64,000 nucleotides of DNA from Eledone cirrhosa (lineage: Eukaryota), in the NCBI GenBank assembly GCA_964016885.1, contig OZ024740.1, positions 279,000,001 to 279,064,000 of the forward strand. The letters are read 5' to 3'. Positions 1 through 12,670 of the stretch are shown piece after piece; position 1 is the stretch's first letter, and each line of letters starts with the position of its first letter. The notes under the pieces were generated by a model. It had not been told where the DNA came from. It made no database searches and saw nothing but the letters and a program-made list of their open reading frames with translations. Position numbers and translations under genes: made by a program.

Positions 1-129
1 TTCATTTAAAAATTCTACTTTTCTTTGTCAATAATCCTTTAACTAGTTTCAGTTTTTAGACTACAACCATGCTGGGGAAGCACTTCCAAGGTCAAATATA
101 ATCAACCACAGTTGAACAGCTAGGTCTAC

Positions 130-338
130 TTAACCATTTAATGCTCAAACCGGCCAGAATTTTCTACCTCTTTCTGTTGAAACTGGCTGTAACTAGTCGC
201 TCAAACTGATGTTAAGGTATTGTTCTCAAAATAAATACTTTCAAAATCTCATAGATTCGATATTATGCGAGGGTAAAGCCTTTACCATGAAAATATAATA
301 ATAGCATATATAGAGTAATGTGAATGCTAAAGGGTTAA
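130..338 (+). mobile_element. piggyBac-type non-autonomous MITE, copy 1
   Basis: TTAA at both ends, right terminus aatgctaaaggg; internal sequence shared with five other copies. Confidence 0.8.
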
Positions 339-649
339 ACGTAGAGGCGCCTAATAATATAACATAGTATTTTTGTTCAAAGCAACAATTTATTGGCAAT
401 CTTTTGTCTATATAATTTTGCAGTGGGGTCAAATGCTGAAATATGTAACTGTAAAGAAAACTTCATAACCACACAGCCACTCAGTGTGTCATTTGCTACT
501 ACTTTGGAAAGTTGTGAGGTTATAATTTGCCAAAAATGCCACAATAAAATAAACATGCATAATTATTTTCCATACTTGGTGGGAAAAGTGAGGAGGTAAA
601 AATATCCTGTACTGGCCATCAATAACCTTTGAGTACAACTATATTTCTA

Positions 650-2830
650 CTTGAGTTTTTTTCAAGTTCGGTTATTAAGCATGTTGACACCCAAATAGCC
701 ACTAGGGTTTTGTTTGAAACATGGTCTCCACAGCTTGCTGTAAGCTAGACTGTTGGACATCAGATAATGTGCAGACTAGAATTTTTGAGAGAATATTTTG
801 AATGTACACTTGCTTTCACACCCAACTCTATATCAATGGTGTCAGTGCTACACTGACACACTGGTGGCAAGTTTGATTGGCAGAGGTTGATCATGTTGCA
901 CATGATTCTCCAAAACTATGTACTTGATTGCTGACCTTATTGTGGTACCAAAACAGGCAGTGAGAATGACTCAGATCTTGTACGGATGAAACACTGCATA
1001 TGTTTAAAAGGCAAACTATCTAGAAGGCTCTCAAAATATGATAGTAAGAAATTAAAATGTACTAACAGTGCAATGTGGTTTCAACTAGAACTGCAAAATC
1101 GATTCAATGGCTTCGACATGCTAGAACTGAACTCACAACCAAAACTGATCGGCACAATCTCAAAAACCAGAGGGGACAATTCAAGAATTAATGTTTACCA
1201 GGTGCAGTCAAAAAGACTAGATATTGGGCCATACGATAGAAGTTGCCCAAATGTGCCTGAAACAATTTGCACAGAATCACTCTTGATGTAAAGCATGCAG
1301 TCTTTGTCAGGGATTTGTGAAAGCCACATCAACTTCTAAAATCAACAAAGGGCTGCTGACTTACAAGTAAAACTATCCTTAATGCCCAAGATACAGTTAT
1401 CTTGAACTTAGACAAGTATCTCAGCAGACGATGTGACCATTTTGTTAATCTAGTCTAAAGTCTGCCTTAAGCCATAAGGTTCATTTGGCCGGTGCTTATC
1501 CCAGTTTCATGGCGTGAAGCGACAGAGTACAAGTCCATCGCAGAGTTAAACCTCCAGCTATTGCTGGTACTCATTTTCAGCTGAGTATACTGGAGCAATG
1601 TGAAATGAAGTGTTTTACTCAAGAACACAACACGCAGCCCAGGAATTGAACCCATGACATTATGATCATAAGTCCAACATTCTTACCACTAGGCCACTCC
1701 ACTAACTGTGGGGTAGCCAAAAACTGAGAAACAACAAGACTCCAAAAGAAGATGGTTTATCTGCTGAAATCTTCAAAAGCTGTTTTGACATCTTTGCTCT
1801 CTGGTGCACAATGTGATCTCAACTATCTTGGACATGGAATCTCTTCCACATGTCTGGAATGATATCACTCTTCTTGAAGAAAAAAAGAAGTGTAAGTGCT
1901 GTTGTAATAACTATTGGGGAATCAGTTTGATAGATATTGTGGCCAAGAAGATAGTCACCATCATTCTTCTACAATGATTTCAACGTGAACATACACCTGA
2001 AAGAAAGTGTGGTTTTTGTCAGAGCCAAGGCTGCACATAAGCAAATCTTTATCTTGAAAAGAGTTCTGGACCAATGTTAGAGTTACAAACAGCAAACCAT
2101 CACTGATTTTGTCAAATGTGAATGCTTGTGAAGCTCCTGAATCTAATTAGAGCTTATTGTAGCTCTACATGAGTAAAAATTTGCTATTATTGTGAAGCTT
2201 CACAGCTCTGCAAAATCTACTTAGGTGTTTGGCATGGTTGTGTTCTAACCCCATCACACTTCAACTAGGTCATTAATTGTGTTACTGTGCATGCCCTAAC
2301 AAAGTATATGCTTGCATCTCACCATATAGCAAGCTTCCAGAAGAAGTCAATCAATTCAAGTATCCCAGCACTACCGTCACTGCCACAAGCCAAGATGAGA
2401 TAGATGTCTGCATCAATTGTGCATATGCTACATTCTATTGTCTTCAGAGCCGACACTAGCCTCAGTCAAAAATCCACATCAACCATGCAATTGTTAATCA
2501 TTGCGTGACATGGCCAATGAGTGGCAGATTTAATCCATATTCATGTAGTGGGTGTTGTGTTAAACACTGAAATTCAATGTCAATGCTGGACTGACTCACT
2601 TCAACAACTCTTACTCAACAAGTGCATCTATTGGTTTGATCATGCACTTCACTATGCAGTTACACCCAAGCTCCCTCTGGGATGGTGTAAATGTTGAAGC
2701 CTCTGTTCATAATGATATGGATTCACTAATTAGAACAGACACATCCTATCCTGGGTGAATGCAGAAACAAGTACAAGTGCCAAATACTGACTATTTAAAA
2801 TGGAGATGACATTCTAAGAGTTGTTTAGTT
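650..2830 (+). mobile_element. Highly decayed RTE-like LINE fragment, interrupted by a SINE
   Basis: Remnants of RT motifs (tattggggaatcagtttg = YxGISL; ggttttt...atctttatcttg) broken by many stops; boundaries approximate. Confidence 0.5.
1468..1697 (-). mobile_element. tRNA-derived SINE (CORE-like group)
   Basis: Minus strand gtggcctagtggtaag (A box) ... gggttcaattcc (B box) ... tcttgagtaaaacacttcatttcacattgctccag; homologous to 8955-9290. Confidence 0.8.
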
Positions 2831-3036
2831 TTCTCTCACTCATCTGGCCAAAAATCTATTATAATAATTGTTATTTAGCAAATAAATAATTCCTCAATAC
2901 TATAGCAATAATTTATTAGCTACCAAACTTACTTCCTTTTTGAACATTAACAAATTAAATTTTTTTCCATCTCAACTATAAAATAATTTGATCAAAAATG
3001 CCCTACATGCAAAAAGGTTGAAACAAAGCTATACAC

Positions 3037-3333
3037 CAGGGGTGTGCAACATATTCCATTGGCGGGCCACTTTTGAACATTGGAACAACTATTAGGGCCA
3101 TTAATATTTATTAAGCACTATTCCAAAGATTCACCACACCTTCTTTCCATAACATGGAACTAGGAAATTATAACACACATAACTATCAGTGAAGCCCTTT
3201 AGTATAGGTCAACTAACAGAAAATTGTATTACGGTTACAAAAAAATTCTAAATAAACCTACAAGGTAAAAATTAAAAACGGTCATCGCGGGCCACTCTGA
3301 CTGGTCTGGCAGGCCACCTGTTGCACATCCCTG
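3037..3333. mobile_element. hAT (Charlie-like) MITE
   Basis: TIRs caggggtgtgcaaca / tgttgcacatccctg; 8-bp TSD ctatacac / ctatatac; subterminal gcgggccac motifs. Confidence 0.8.
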
Positions 3334-4895
3334 CTATATACTATCTACTCCAGAAATATTTACTAAATGCAATTACAGGGCAAGATTGATATACCAAAGT
3401 TCTTTTGTTTTTTTGTCCTAGCATTTTATAAAGGGCACTGATCACACTGTACTAAAAAAAAAAAAAAAAAATTTTTTTTGAATTATTTTCAATGTTTTAA
3501 CATCAGAAATAACCATAGTGGGGTTAAATGCAATGATTAAGTGGGAAATATTAGGAGTTAATTCATTCTTAGGTCAAGCAAGCGATGGTAAAGAAATCTA
3601 TACATACACTAATAAAGGCTAAAGAAATGTTTGGAGATATCTCCCTTGCTTGCTTGAACAAAGTGTTTTGTTAACTAGCCTCTAATATTTCTTCATGCTG
3701 TTGAAAACATTCAAAATAATCAAACTAAATTTTTTATAATTTTTAAAGCCCTTACATCTGATATGTTTTCCATAAATAAGAAATTATCAACATTGACAAA
3801 ATAATCCTAAATTTCTCTACTTTCTATATATTTCATCTAATGAGTTATTTTATGCCCATTTTTCTTTCTTGCACATGAACGAAATCCAAAGCTTATCAAG
3901 GTTTTAAGGGAATTGTGAATTAGAGCAACATGAAATGAAGTGCCTTGCTCAAGGAAACAACAAATGAATCATGACCTAATAATTGTGAGCCCAATACCCC
4001 AACCATTCAGCCACACATTTTCAGCTATGGATAACTCAAAATTAACATTCACAACACAAATGTATTTAAAAAAGACCATCTTGATAACTATTTTTCCACA
4101 GGAGAGAATATGCCTACAACCCTTGCAGATACTCTAGAGCTGGTGTGGTTGATTCTCAGCATCTGTAGGAAATACATAAGCTGAGAAGCAGTTGAAGATG
4201 GTTAGAGTTCTGAAGATAAAAGATTAAGCCAAATATTAGTCTGGTGAAAAAACAGGCAGAAAAGGCAGTTGAGGATAAAGGATAGGTCAAGTGCTAGTAT
4301 GGTCTTTTTGGAGAAAGGATTCACAGTAGAAATGATGGGGATAAATCGTGTTATATAGCTCATAAATTCAGCAGACTAGGAAACTATACAAGTACAGAAG
4401 ACAAAGAAAATACAGTGTATCAGTGAACAAATGATAGTAAATGTGTTGGTGAGTGGAACTTTATTAATTAGTTAGATAGCCTACTTTTTATTAAATGTGG
4501 TCTAGAATGTTGGTGTGTGTATGTGAAGTAGCAATACTGTCATTAGATATGTAAGTGCTGTCTAATTTGGGGACTGTACTTGTTTGTGCCTTGTAAAACT
4601 CAAGTGGTCTGAGCTGAAGTTGTTAGGGCAGAGTCAAGAGTGGTGAAAGTATAAAGTGTTAGGTTTTTATTTGACCTGTGTAATGATTGAATGAAATCAA
4701 GTTGACATATCTACAATAGAAGTTTCAAATGTTCATAGAAACAGTGCATGTCTGATCAGGCAAGAGGCAAATGTTCACAAACATCTTTTTCAAAAAATAG
4801 TGCATCAAGGACAAAATTATTCAATGTGTTCTTTTTAAGGACAGCAGGATAAACTTGAGTGCAATTTGGCTGCTATTTCTAGCAGATCGACATTA

Positions 4896-4927
<32 letters not shown>

Positions 4928-5091
4928 TTAATAGCTATATCTTTCTTTTTTGCTTGAATTTCGTTGACCCTATATTAGTAAACCTGATGGATTACCTACT
5001 TTCTATTGTGACTTGTGTATATTTGTCTTGGTGATATTAAAGCTTGTACTGTTTTCATTATATGGACAACGGTTAGGTTAGGTTTTTTTAA

Positions 5092-5582
5092 TTATAATAA
5101 TAATAATAATGAAATTATTGTGTAAAGTTCTCAGGTGCACTACAACTCGTCAAAGGTGCATGTATAGTACATAGAATAATATACAAATGTCATGGAAGTG
5201 AATAGTGTATGAGTCATGATATACATGTGTGTATGTGTATGGAGGGGGAACATTAGGTGTAGTGTTGGCGAATTTCGGGAAGCATGGAGGCTTTAAAGAA
5301 TGCAGTGTCTCGACAGCTAACAACTAATGCAGGTAGTTTGTTCCATGTTTCAGCAACTCTGAGCATGAAAAAATGTTTCCGAAAGTCATGGGAACTGTGT
5401 TGTTTTCTGACTTTGTGGGCATGTCCACGTGTGTTAGACACATGGAAATCAAAATGGTACTCAGGGTTGTTGTTAGCAAGATGGTTAACAATTTTGTGGG
5501 TGTTTACCAAGTCAGTTGCCAGGTGTGGACATGCCCACAAAGTCAGAAAACAGCACAGTTCCCATGACTTTCGGAAACATTT
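5092..5582 (-). mobile_element. CR1-clade LINE 3' fragment with fold-back 5' end
   Basis: C-terminal RGHAHKVRKQ...RKHFF.LRVAETWNKLP, 3' UTR and (ATT)n tail; near-identical to 26985-27528. Confidence 0.85.
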
Positions 5583-5823
5583 ATTTCTGCAAGAAATTCA
5601 AAGTGTATATTCCTATTTTTCAACTTGCACCAAATTAATGCGGATTTCATTAGTATTGTCAAATTGAGGAGGTGAGTAGGTGAATGCCTGGCGATTTTCT
5701 TTTTAAAGGACCATTCTGGAAAGCCCTGAAAAGGGTCATTGGACACTGTTCCTTCTTCTGGCTAAGCAATTAAAAAGTCAAAAGCTATCCTAGAATAAGC
5801 AACTATATATATATATATATATA

Positions 5824-7350
5824 GGACCCTACTAGGAGAGCCGCCCTCCACAGCCCAGAACACTGGGCGATCAGGCGGCTGTTTGAGGAACTGGATATTG
5901 AGACAGGACTCTTCACCAGAGAGGAGCTTCAGAGAGCCAAGAAGAAGATCAAGGAGGGCAAGGCTCATGGAGAAGATGGAGTGGCATCAGAGGTGATGAA
6001 GAGGTGTGATTTTGATGATATCATCCTGGAGTTCTGTAACCAGGCACTGGAGAGAGGAGTTGCCCCGAATCAGTGGAGGATCAGTAACATCGTCCCAGTG
6101 CCAAAGAAGGAAGATCTCTCTAACACCAACAACTACAGAGGGATCTCAGTGACGTCACTTATGGCAAAGACCCTCAACAGGATGATTCTTAACAGGATCC
6201 AGCCTGAGATGGAGAAGAAGCTCAGGGACAACCAGAACGGCTTCAGAGAAGGAAGATCAACCACCAGTCACATCCTGATGCTGAGGAGGATATTAGAAGG
6301 AGCCAGAGCAAAGTGCCTTCCTGCGGTCATAGTTTTCATTGACTTTAGGAAGGCCTTTGATTATGTGGACCGTCACTGCCTGATGAAGATCTTACAGGCT
6401 TATGGAATCCCCAAGAAGCTAGTGGACCTGATATCACTGCTCTACACCAACATCCAAGTCATTACACCTGATGGGATGACAGAGTTCTTTGAGATACTGG
6501 CTGGGGTACTCCAGGAAGATACATTGGCTCCCTACTTTTTTATCATCGTAGTGGACTATTGTATGCGCCTTGCGCTGTAGAAACACCAGGACTCTGGCTT
6601 TACTGTAACACCGGCTCAGAGCAGGAGAGTTAAGGCAAAAAAGATATCAGATGCTGAATTTGCCGATGACATAGTTTTGGTGACAAACACAGTGAAGGAG
6701 GCAGAGGATTTGATGCAGTAGGTGGAGACTGTGTCGATGGGTGTGGGGCTTAGAATGAATGAGATTAAGACAAAATATCTGGTAGAGAATATTAAGAAGC
6801 CAGAGAAGATTACTAATGTAGGCAGGAAGCCGCTAGAATTGGTTGAGGACTTCCTGTATTTGGGAGCAAAGATTGGGAATACGGAAGATGATGTGGTCGA
6901 GAGGAAGAGCAAAGCCTGAGCGGCGTGCCACAGCTTGAGATCGGTGTGGAAGTCGGACCTTCGTAAAGACCTGAAGATCCACCTCTTCGTTGTTGTACGG
7001 GTCTGAGACTTGGACACTGACCAAGAAACTCACTCAGATGGCTCTAAACATTAATCAATATACAGTGAGGATGAAGAACTCAGAGCTGTACAGGAGCCTC
7101 CTAAAAGTCAGCTCGAAAGTGACACAGAGGAGACTGAGGTTAGCTGGACATGCTCACCGACATCCAGAGTTGGCACCCCTGCATGGACACACTGGAAGAG
7201 GAAGACTGAAGTTAACATATGTTGATGCCCTAAGGACAGACACCGGTCTGTTGGAGACCCAGGACATGGCAGCGATAATGAGGAACAAAGACCGCTGGAG
7301 AGAACTCGTCCATGGATCTCGGGGATTTTACCAGCCCTAGATAGATGGGT
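5824..7350 (+). mobile_element. 5'-truncated RTE-clade LINE (RT pseudogene)
   Basis: NYRGISV, QNGFREGRST, DFRKAFD, GVLQEDTLAP, EFADD motifs; premature stops near 6580, 6720 and 6919; (TA)n on both sides. Confidence 0.9.
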
Positions 7351-8075
7351 ATAAATATATATATATATTATAATAAGAGAAATGTAGAACCTAAACCATT
7401 GTATCTACAAATACAGTGAAACAATTCTATGAAGAAAATTTTAATATCCACACAATCACATGCAGGATTCAAGAGTACACTGTCTGTAATGGGGGGGACA
7501 ATTGGAGAACTAAATTTATCACTAACCATTCCTGGACAAAAGAAAGTTTTTGTTTTTTTTTGTTTATAACAACAAACACTTCTTCAGATATTTTATGGAG
7601 AACTGGATGAAAGCTTTAAGTACAAAGCCTCATAAATGAGTGAATGAATGAATGAGAAAATTTAACAAAATATGAAAGGGCATGTCAAAACACAAAGAGT
7701 ACAGAGAGAAAATAATCCACTTCAAAAAGTAAAGCATTTCAATGTTCTATTAATTAAGATCTGTAAACGTAGTTGAATGGCTAAGGAATTTGCTTTTCAA
7801 CCAGTTGGTTTCCAGTTCAGTTCCACTGCAGGACACCTTGAACAAATGTCTTCTACTGCAGCTAGTGCCTTGTGAGTGAAATTTGGTAGACAGAAACTGT
7901 GCAGAACCCATTGTGTGCGTGTGTGTATATATAGCTTAATGGTTTGTAACTATGTTACTATTGGTTCACCAACTTAAGCACTTGATGCATTGGTGAGTCC
8001 AGTTTAGTATGTGGTGTTGTACATTTGGTTATTATACTATGGTCGGTTTCCTTCATAAGCAGAGTGTTAATAATA

Positions 8076-8406
8076 ATTATTGCTTCTACTTTTGGCACAA
8101 GGCCAGCAATTATCCCAGTGTATTACTGGTACTTTATTTTATCGACCCCCGTAAGGATGAAAGGCAAAGTTAACCTCGGCAGGATTTGAACTCAGTCCGT
8201 AAATAATAATAATAATAATTGTTTCTACTTTAGGCACAAGGCCAGCAATTACCCAGTTCATTACTGGTACTTTATTTTATCGACCCCGTAAGGATGAAAG
8301 GCAAAGTCAACCTCGGCGGGATTTGAACTCAGATCGTAAAGGGACGTAACTATGCTGGAAAGCATGGCGTCCGACCCTCTACCGATACTGCCAATCCACC
8401 GCCCTT
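8076..8406 (-). mobile_element. Two tandem SINE copies (Meta-domain-like group; one partial, one full)
   Basis: gagttcaaatcc B box, ctttgcctttcatccttacggggtcgataaaataaagtaccag central domain, (ATT)n tail. Domain name is recalled, not searched. Confidence 0.8.
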
Positions 8407-8420
8407 AAATAATAATAATA

Positions 8421-8674
8421 ATGAGTAGGAACGGGTGTCAAAGTATCATATTTATTCCCACGTGATGTATGTTCCGCATTTGATCAGCTCAAGGTACGAT
8501 CTGTAGCGACCGGGCCCATCTCTGGAATCAATAGCTCATCAGACTCATGGTTTCCTTAATTTCAGAGTTGGGTGCATTCAATACAAATCATACCCAAGAT
8601 GATCAATCGTGAAATGCGCACCTATACGCATGAATAAATATAATTATGATACTTTGACACCTTGTTCCTAATCA
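8421..8674. mobile_element. Small inverted-repeat (MITE-like) element
   Basis: atgagtaggaacgggtgtcaaagtatcata / tatgatactttgacaccttgttcctaatcat terminal inverted repeats. Confidence 0.7.
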
Positions 8675-8679
8675 TTATA

Positions 8680-8849
8680 TATCGGTAGAGGGTTGGACGC
8701 CATGCTTTCAAGCATAGTTACGTCCCTTTACAGTCTGAGTTCAAATCCCACCGAGATTAACTTTGCCTTTCATCCTTACGGGGTTAATAAAATAAAGTAC
8801 CAGTAATGTACTGGGTTATTGCTGGCCTTGTGCCTAAAGTAGAAACAAC
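8680..8849 (+). mobile_element. SINE (Meta-domain-like group)
   Basis: Reverse complement of 8219-8388. Confidence 0.8.
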
Positions 8850-8954
8850 TATATATATATAAATGGCTTCTAATATTTATACTCTGTTATGTATTGAGTA
8901 CCTTACTTACTGTGGTTACCTCCGACTGAACCCAGGATAAACATATATATATAT

Positions 8955-9290
8955 GGAGGCACATGGCTTAGTGGTTAGAGCATTGGCCTTGCAATCGAAA
9001 GGTTGTGAGTTCAATTCTCAGACCGGGTGATGTGTTGTTTCCTTGAGCAAGACACTTTATTTCACATTGCTCCAGTTTACTCAGCTGTAGAATTGATATG
9101 AGAGGGACTGGGGTCCCTATCATTCCACTGTAAAGTGGTCGTGGAGGTGCCACGGCAAAAAAGCACCCAGCACTCACTGTAAATGGGGTTGGTGTTAGGA
9201 AGGGCATCCAGCTGTAGAAATCAAGCCAGAATCAGTTCCCGTCCCACCCTTGCAAGCAGGGAAAAAGCGGACGTAAGATGAAATGATGAT
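8955..9290 (+). mobile_element. Full-length tRNA-derived SINE with RTE-derived 3' tail
   Basis: A box tggcttagtggttag, B box gagttcaattc, core ccttgagcaagacacttt; tail cccgtcccacccttgcaagcaggg identical to the RTE end at 18521-18544. Confidence 0.85.
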
Positions 9291-9352
9291 ATTTATATCA
9301 CACACATGTATTATAGATGGACGTGAGAAAAAAATACCAAAGTTGAGTTTAA

Positions 9353-9690
9353 ATATTCATTTAACCCTTGAGTGTTCAATCCGGCCAGAATTCTCTACCT
9401 CTTTCTGTTGAAACTGGCTGTAACTAGTCGCTCAAACTGATGTTCAGGTATTGTTTTCAAAATAAATACTTTCAAAATCTCATAGATTCGATATTATGTG
9501 AGGTAAAGCCTTTACAATTAAAATATAATAGTATATATAAAATAATGTGAATGCTAAAGGGTTAATATGGCTTAGTAGTGAGCCTGCACAAGTTTATCAG
9601 ACAAGACTCTTGTCTATCCTGATGATCCTACGAGTGTGCATGTGAAACAAGAGTAACAAGGTTCACTACTTAGCCATATTAAATGAATAT
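9353..9690. mobile_element. Small element with 32-bp inverted repeats, interrupted by MITE copy 2
   Basis: atattcatttaa|tatggcttagtagtgagcct versus aggttcactacttagccatattaaatgaatat (2 mismatches). Confidence 0.7.
9361..9565 (+). mobile_element. piggyBac-type MITE, copy 2, inserted in the inverted repeat of another element
   Basis: TTAA-CCC...GGG-TTAA; removing it restores a 32-bp inverted repeat, so TTAA is a true target-site duplication. Confidence 0.85.
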
Positions 9691-10120
9691 ATATATACCC
9701 ACACTCACTAAATATATCACACACGTGTGTGAGTGTCAGAGAGAGAGTGTCTTAAGCCTATTTGTTCTTGTCCCCAAACTTTAATAAATAGAAATCAATA
9801 AAATAACTACTGGGGTTGATATACTTGACTAAATCCTTTGAAGATGATGCCCAAGCTATGACTGTAGTTTTATGACTGAAACGAGTAAAAGAATATCAAA
9901 ATATTAAAAAATACCAAGTCATAACCATGTGGTTAAGAATGGTATTCTTCAATCGTGATTTGACCCTTACGGCATGGCACCTTAGTGTATTCGATTAATA
10001 ACTATACAGACTGCAACTAATTGTGCTAGTGTCAGCATATTTAATGCAGTGAGAATTAAATACTTAATTAGAAATACTTTTAGGGTGACGAAAAGATAAT
10101 AGTTTGATGACTATTATTAT

Positions 10121-10232
10121 AGTTAACTTTGCCTTTCATCCTTACGGTGGGGGGGGGGGGGTCGGTCGATAAAATAAAGCACCAGTAATACAATGGGATA
10201 ATTGCTGACCTTGTGCCAAAAGTAGACTATTA
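10121..10232 (+). mobile_element. Partial SINE (Meta-domain-like group)
   Basis: ctttgcctttcatccttacgg...gtcgataaaataaagcaccag...ccttgtgccaaaagtag. Confidence 0.75.
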
Positions 10233-10417
10233 TAATAATTATACAGCAAGTACAAGGAAACAACTCTAGGCAGGTTTCGGTCTTATGAGCTCTCCTAAGC
10301 AAAACAGACTATCCTAGATAAGATAATGATGTACACTATCATACACGAGGATGCATGAAAAATTAGCATTAAAAAAAAAAAAAAGTCATAATCAGAGGTT
10401 AATATGCTAACATTAAC

Positions 10418-10637
10418 TTAACCCTTTAGCATTTAAACCAGCCGTACCCAGCCAGAATTCTCTCACCTCTTTCTGTTCAAACTGGCTGCTCATACTGACA
10501 TTAAGCTAATGTTCTCAAAATAAATAATATCAAAATCTCGATTCGATATTATGAGAGACAATTATGTAAGATAAAGCCTTTTCCACAAAAATACAATAGT
10601 ATATATATAGAGAGTAATGTAAATGCTAAAGGGTTAA
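10418..10637 (+). mobile_element. piggyBac-type MITE, copy 3
   Basis: TTAA ccctttagcattta ... taaatgctaaaggg TTAA: perfect TIRs and TSD. Confidence 0.88.
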
Positions 10638-11423
10638 CTAAATTTTTTTAAATCAGTGCTAGGGCATAACAAAAAAGCACCCAGTTCAACCAGTTCACCC
10701 TGAAAGGTGGTTGTACAGGTGCCACAACAAAAGTCCCCATATAAAGTGGTTGGCATTAGAAAACCAAGCCCCAAATAGAGCACATGAGCAAACTGGTCAC
10801 CTGATGTGCCTGGCCTCAGTCCGTCACAGCCTGTCTAACTCATGCAAGCATAGAAAAATATACGTCAAGTGGCTAAAAAGGAACCAAAAAGGAATTTGTG
10901 ATGCCACTACAGTGCTCTTAAGACGACACCAAGAGTTCAGACATGTTTAGACATATTTGCAAGTGAAATAAAAAAAATTGAAAATATTATTACTGGTAAA
11001 ATATTCCAAGATTTGTTTAAAGTAACCATTTATATGTAAATTCCTTTATGGGTTTCAATCATTGGACTGAAAGCATGCACCACATTGAAAGGAGTAGTCA
11101 ATTACACAGTACTTAATTTGTCAATACTGGAAAGATGAATGGCAAAGTGGAAGTAGATAGAATTTGAACTTAGAGCATAACTAAATACCACATGGTACTT
11201 TGCTTGATTAACATTGCGCCGATTCTAATATCCACCTGCCAAATATGAAAAAATTATAGATTTATTCATACTAAAAAAGAGAATTTCTAATGCTATATTT
11301 TGTTGATGCATTTTTTAAATTTGGTAATTTAAACTCTAAAATTACATGCCTAATCAAACGGAAATTTAAAAATAAATAGCAATATAAAAAGGTAGCACTG
11401 AAAAAAAAAAAAAAAAAAAAAAA

Positions 11424-11655
11424 ATGGCTTATAAGGTTGTAAGTTCAATCACCCAGATTGGGTAATGTGATGTGTCCTAAGCAATGCATTGTATTTCATG
11501 TTGCTCCAATTCATTCAGCTGAAAATGAATACCAGAGACAACTGGTGGTTAACCATCCCATCCAGGGTTAAGTCTTGTCACTTAGCACCTCATGAAACTC
11601 GAATAAACTCAGGTTTTCATCCAACTTGTGCAAGCATAGAAAAACGGATGTAAAA
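11424..11655 (+). mobile_element. Decayed tRNA-derived SINE
   Basis: ggttgtaagttcaatc...tgtgtcctaagcaa...ttgctccaattcattcagctg...gcaagcatagaaaaacggatgtaaaa tail. Confidence 0.6.
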
Positions 11656-11689
11656 CAATAACTCAATAGCAGGGTGACAGTAAAACATC

Positions 11690-12535
11690 GAAAGATGATT
11701 AACTATCAGAACTTAGGATATACAATAAGAACATCTAAATATTAACAAATTTTATTGGGAGCAAATGACAGTAGTAAGAACTAATTGAGAAAGACTTTAG
11801 AATTTAGAATAAATACAGGAGTAAGATAAACCTGGGCATGACACTAGCCAACTTAACCAAATCACTGAGATCTTCAGAAAATTAGCAAATCAACAATCTT
11901 TGATATGCAGATCATACTGCTTTAACTTTTAACTGAGATGACCTACAGAACCTTATAACTACAGCAAATGTTAAAGGAAAGCCAAAAATAAATAATATAA
12001 TTGAAGGAAAGCCAATTGAACAGGAACCAAAGATAGCATTTCTGGGATATAAGCAATCAGAAAATGGGAAATGTGAAACAGAAATCAAAAGAGATTAAGA
12101 TTACTAGAAAGTAATTTGAAACAATGAAAACACGTACTACCATCAAGAAACTATCAAAACGAGAAAGAAATTATTACTGTACTATATTGAACTGAAACAG
12201 ACATTAACAAAAGTATTATTCAAATAAATTAGAAAATTTGATGTTGGTCTATAGATGTTTGAGAAAATAAAAAAATGGCAAAAAGAAAGAAAATTTTATT
12301 AGACACCAAAGTGATAACTAAAATCTTGTAGATATTCAATTAAAAAAATAGTTTAGAGATTAATAACAACAATGAAAAGGTGATGTGTTGTTCTAAAAAT
12401 TACATAAATGGATAATATCAAAAATCTAGCAGGCTTAAAATACAGTGAATCTATAAGAACAGCACAAGAAAGACTAAAATAGCAATCCATGGGATCCAAC
12501 TTTCTGAGAGCAGTTTATATCTGATGCTGATGATT
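11690..12535 (+). mobile_element. Decayed RTE-like LINE 3' fragment
   Basis: aacaatctttgatatgcagatcatactgc (NNLxYADxT), FLG and C-terminal remnants, (GAT)-like tail. Confidence 0.5.
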
Positions 12536-12670
12536 TCAGAGTTAAAAAAATGAATGCCTTTTGCCAGAATTTTTTTTAAAAATCTAGAACCTGTTGTGGT
12601 ATAGGCAAAAATAAAACTGTTTTTTCTCCCTTTTTTTTAAAGAATAAATAATAATAATAAAAGAACTTAC

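Noticed and set aside
10270-10302. Second hammerhead-like motif (minus strand ...ctcataagaccgaaac)
   Set aside because: CUGANGA box is not intact and the stems are mismatched.
12576-12670. ORF extensions beyond the KANSL1 exon (also 13447-13484)
   Set aside because: Low-complexity intron read-through beyond canonical splice sites.
1-12670. Further KANSL1 exons (for example the PEHE domain)
   Set aside because: No recognisable coding segment with matching splice phase was found; probably outside the window, though a small exon could have been missed.
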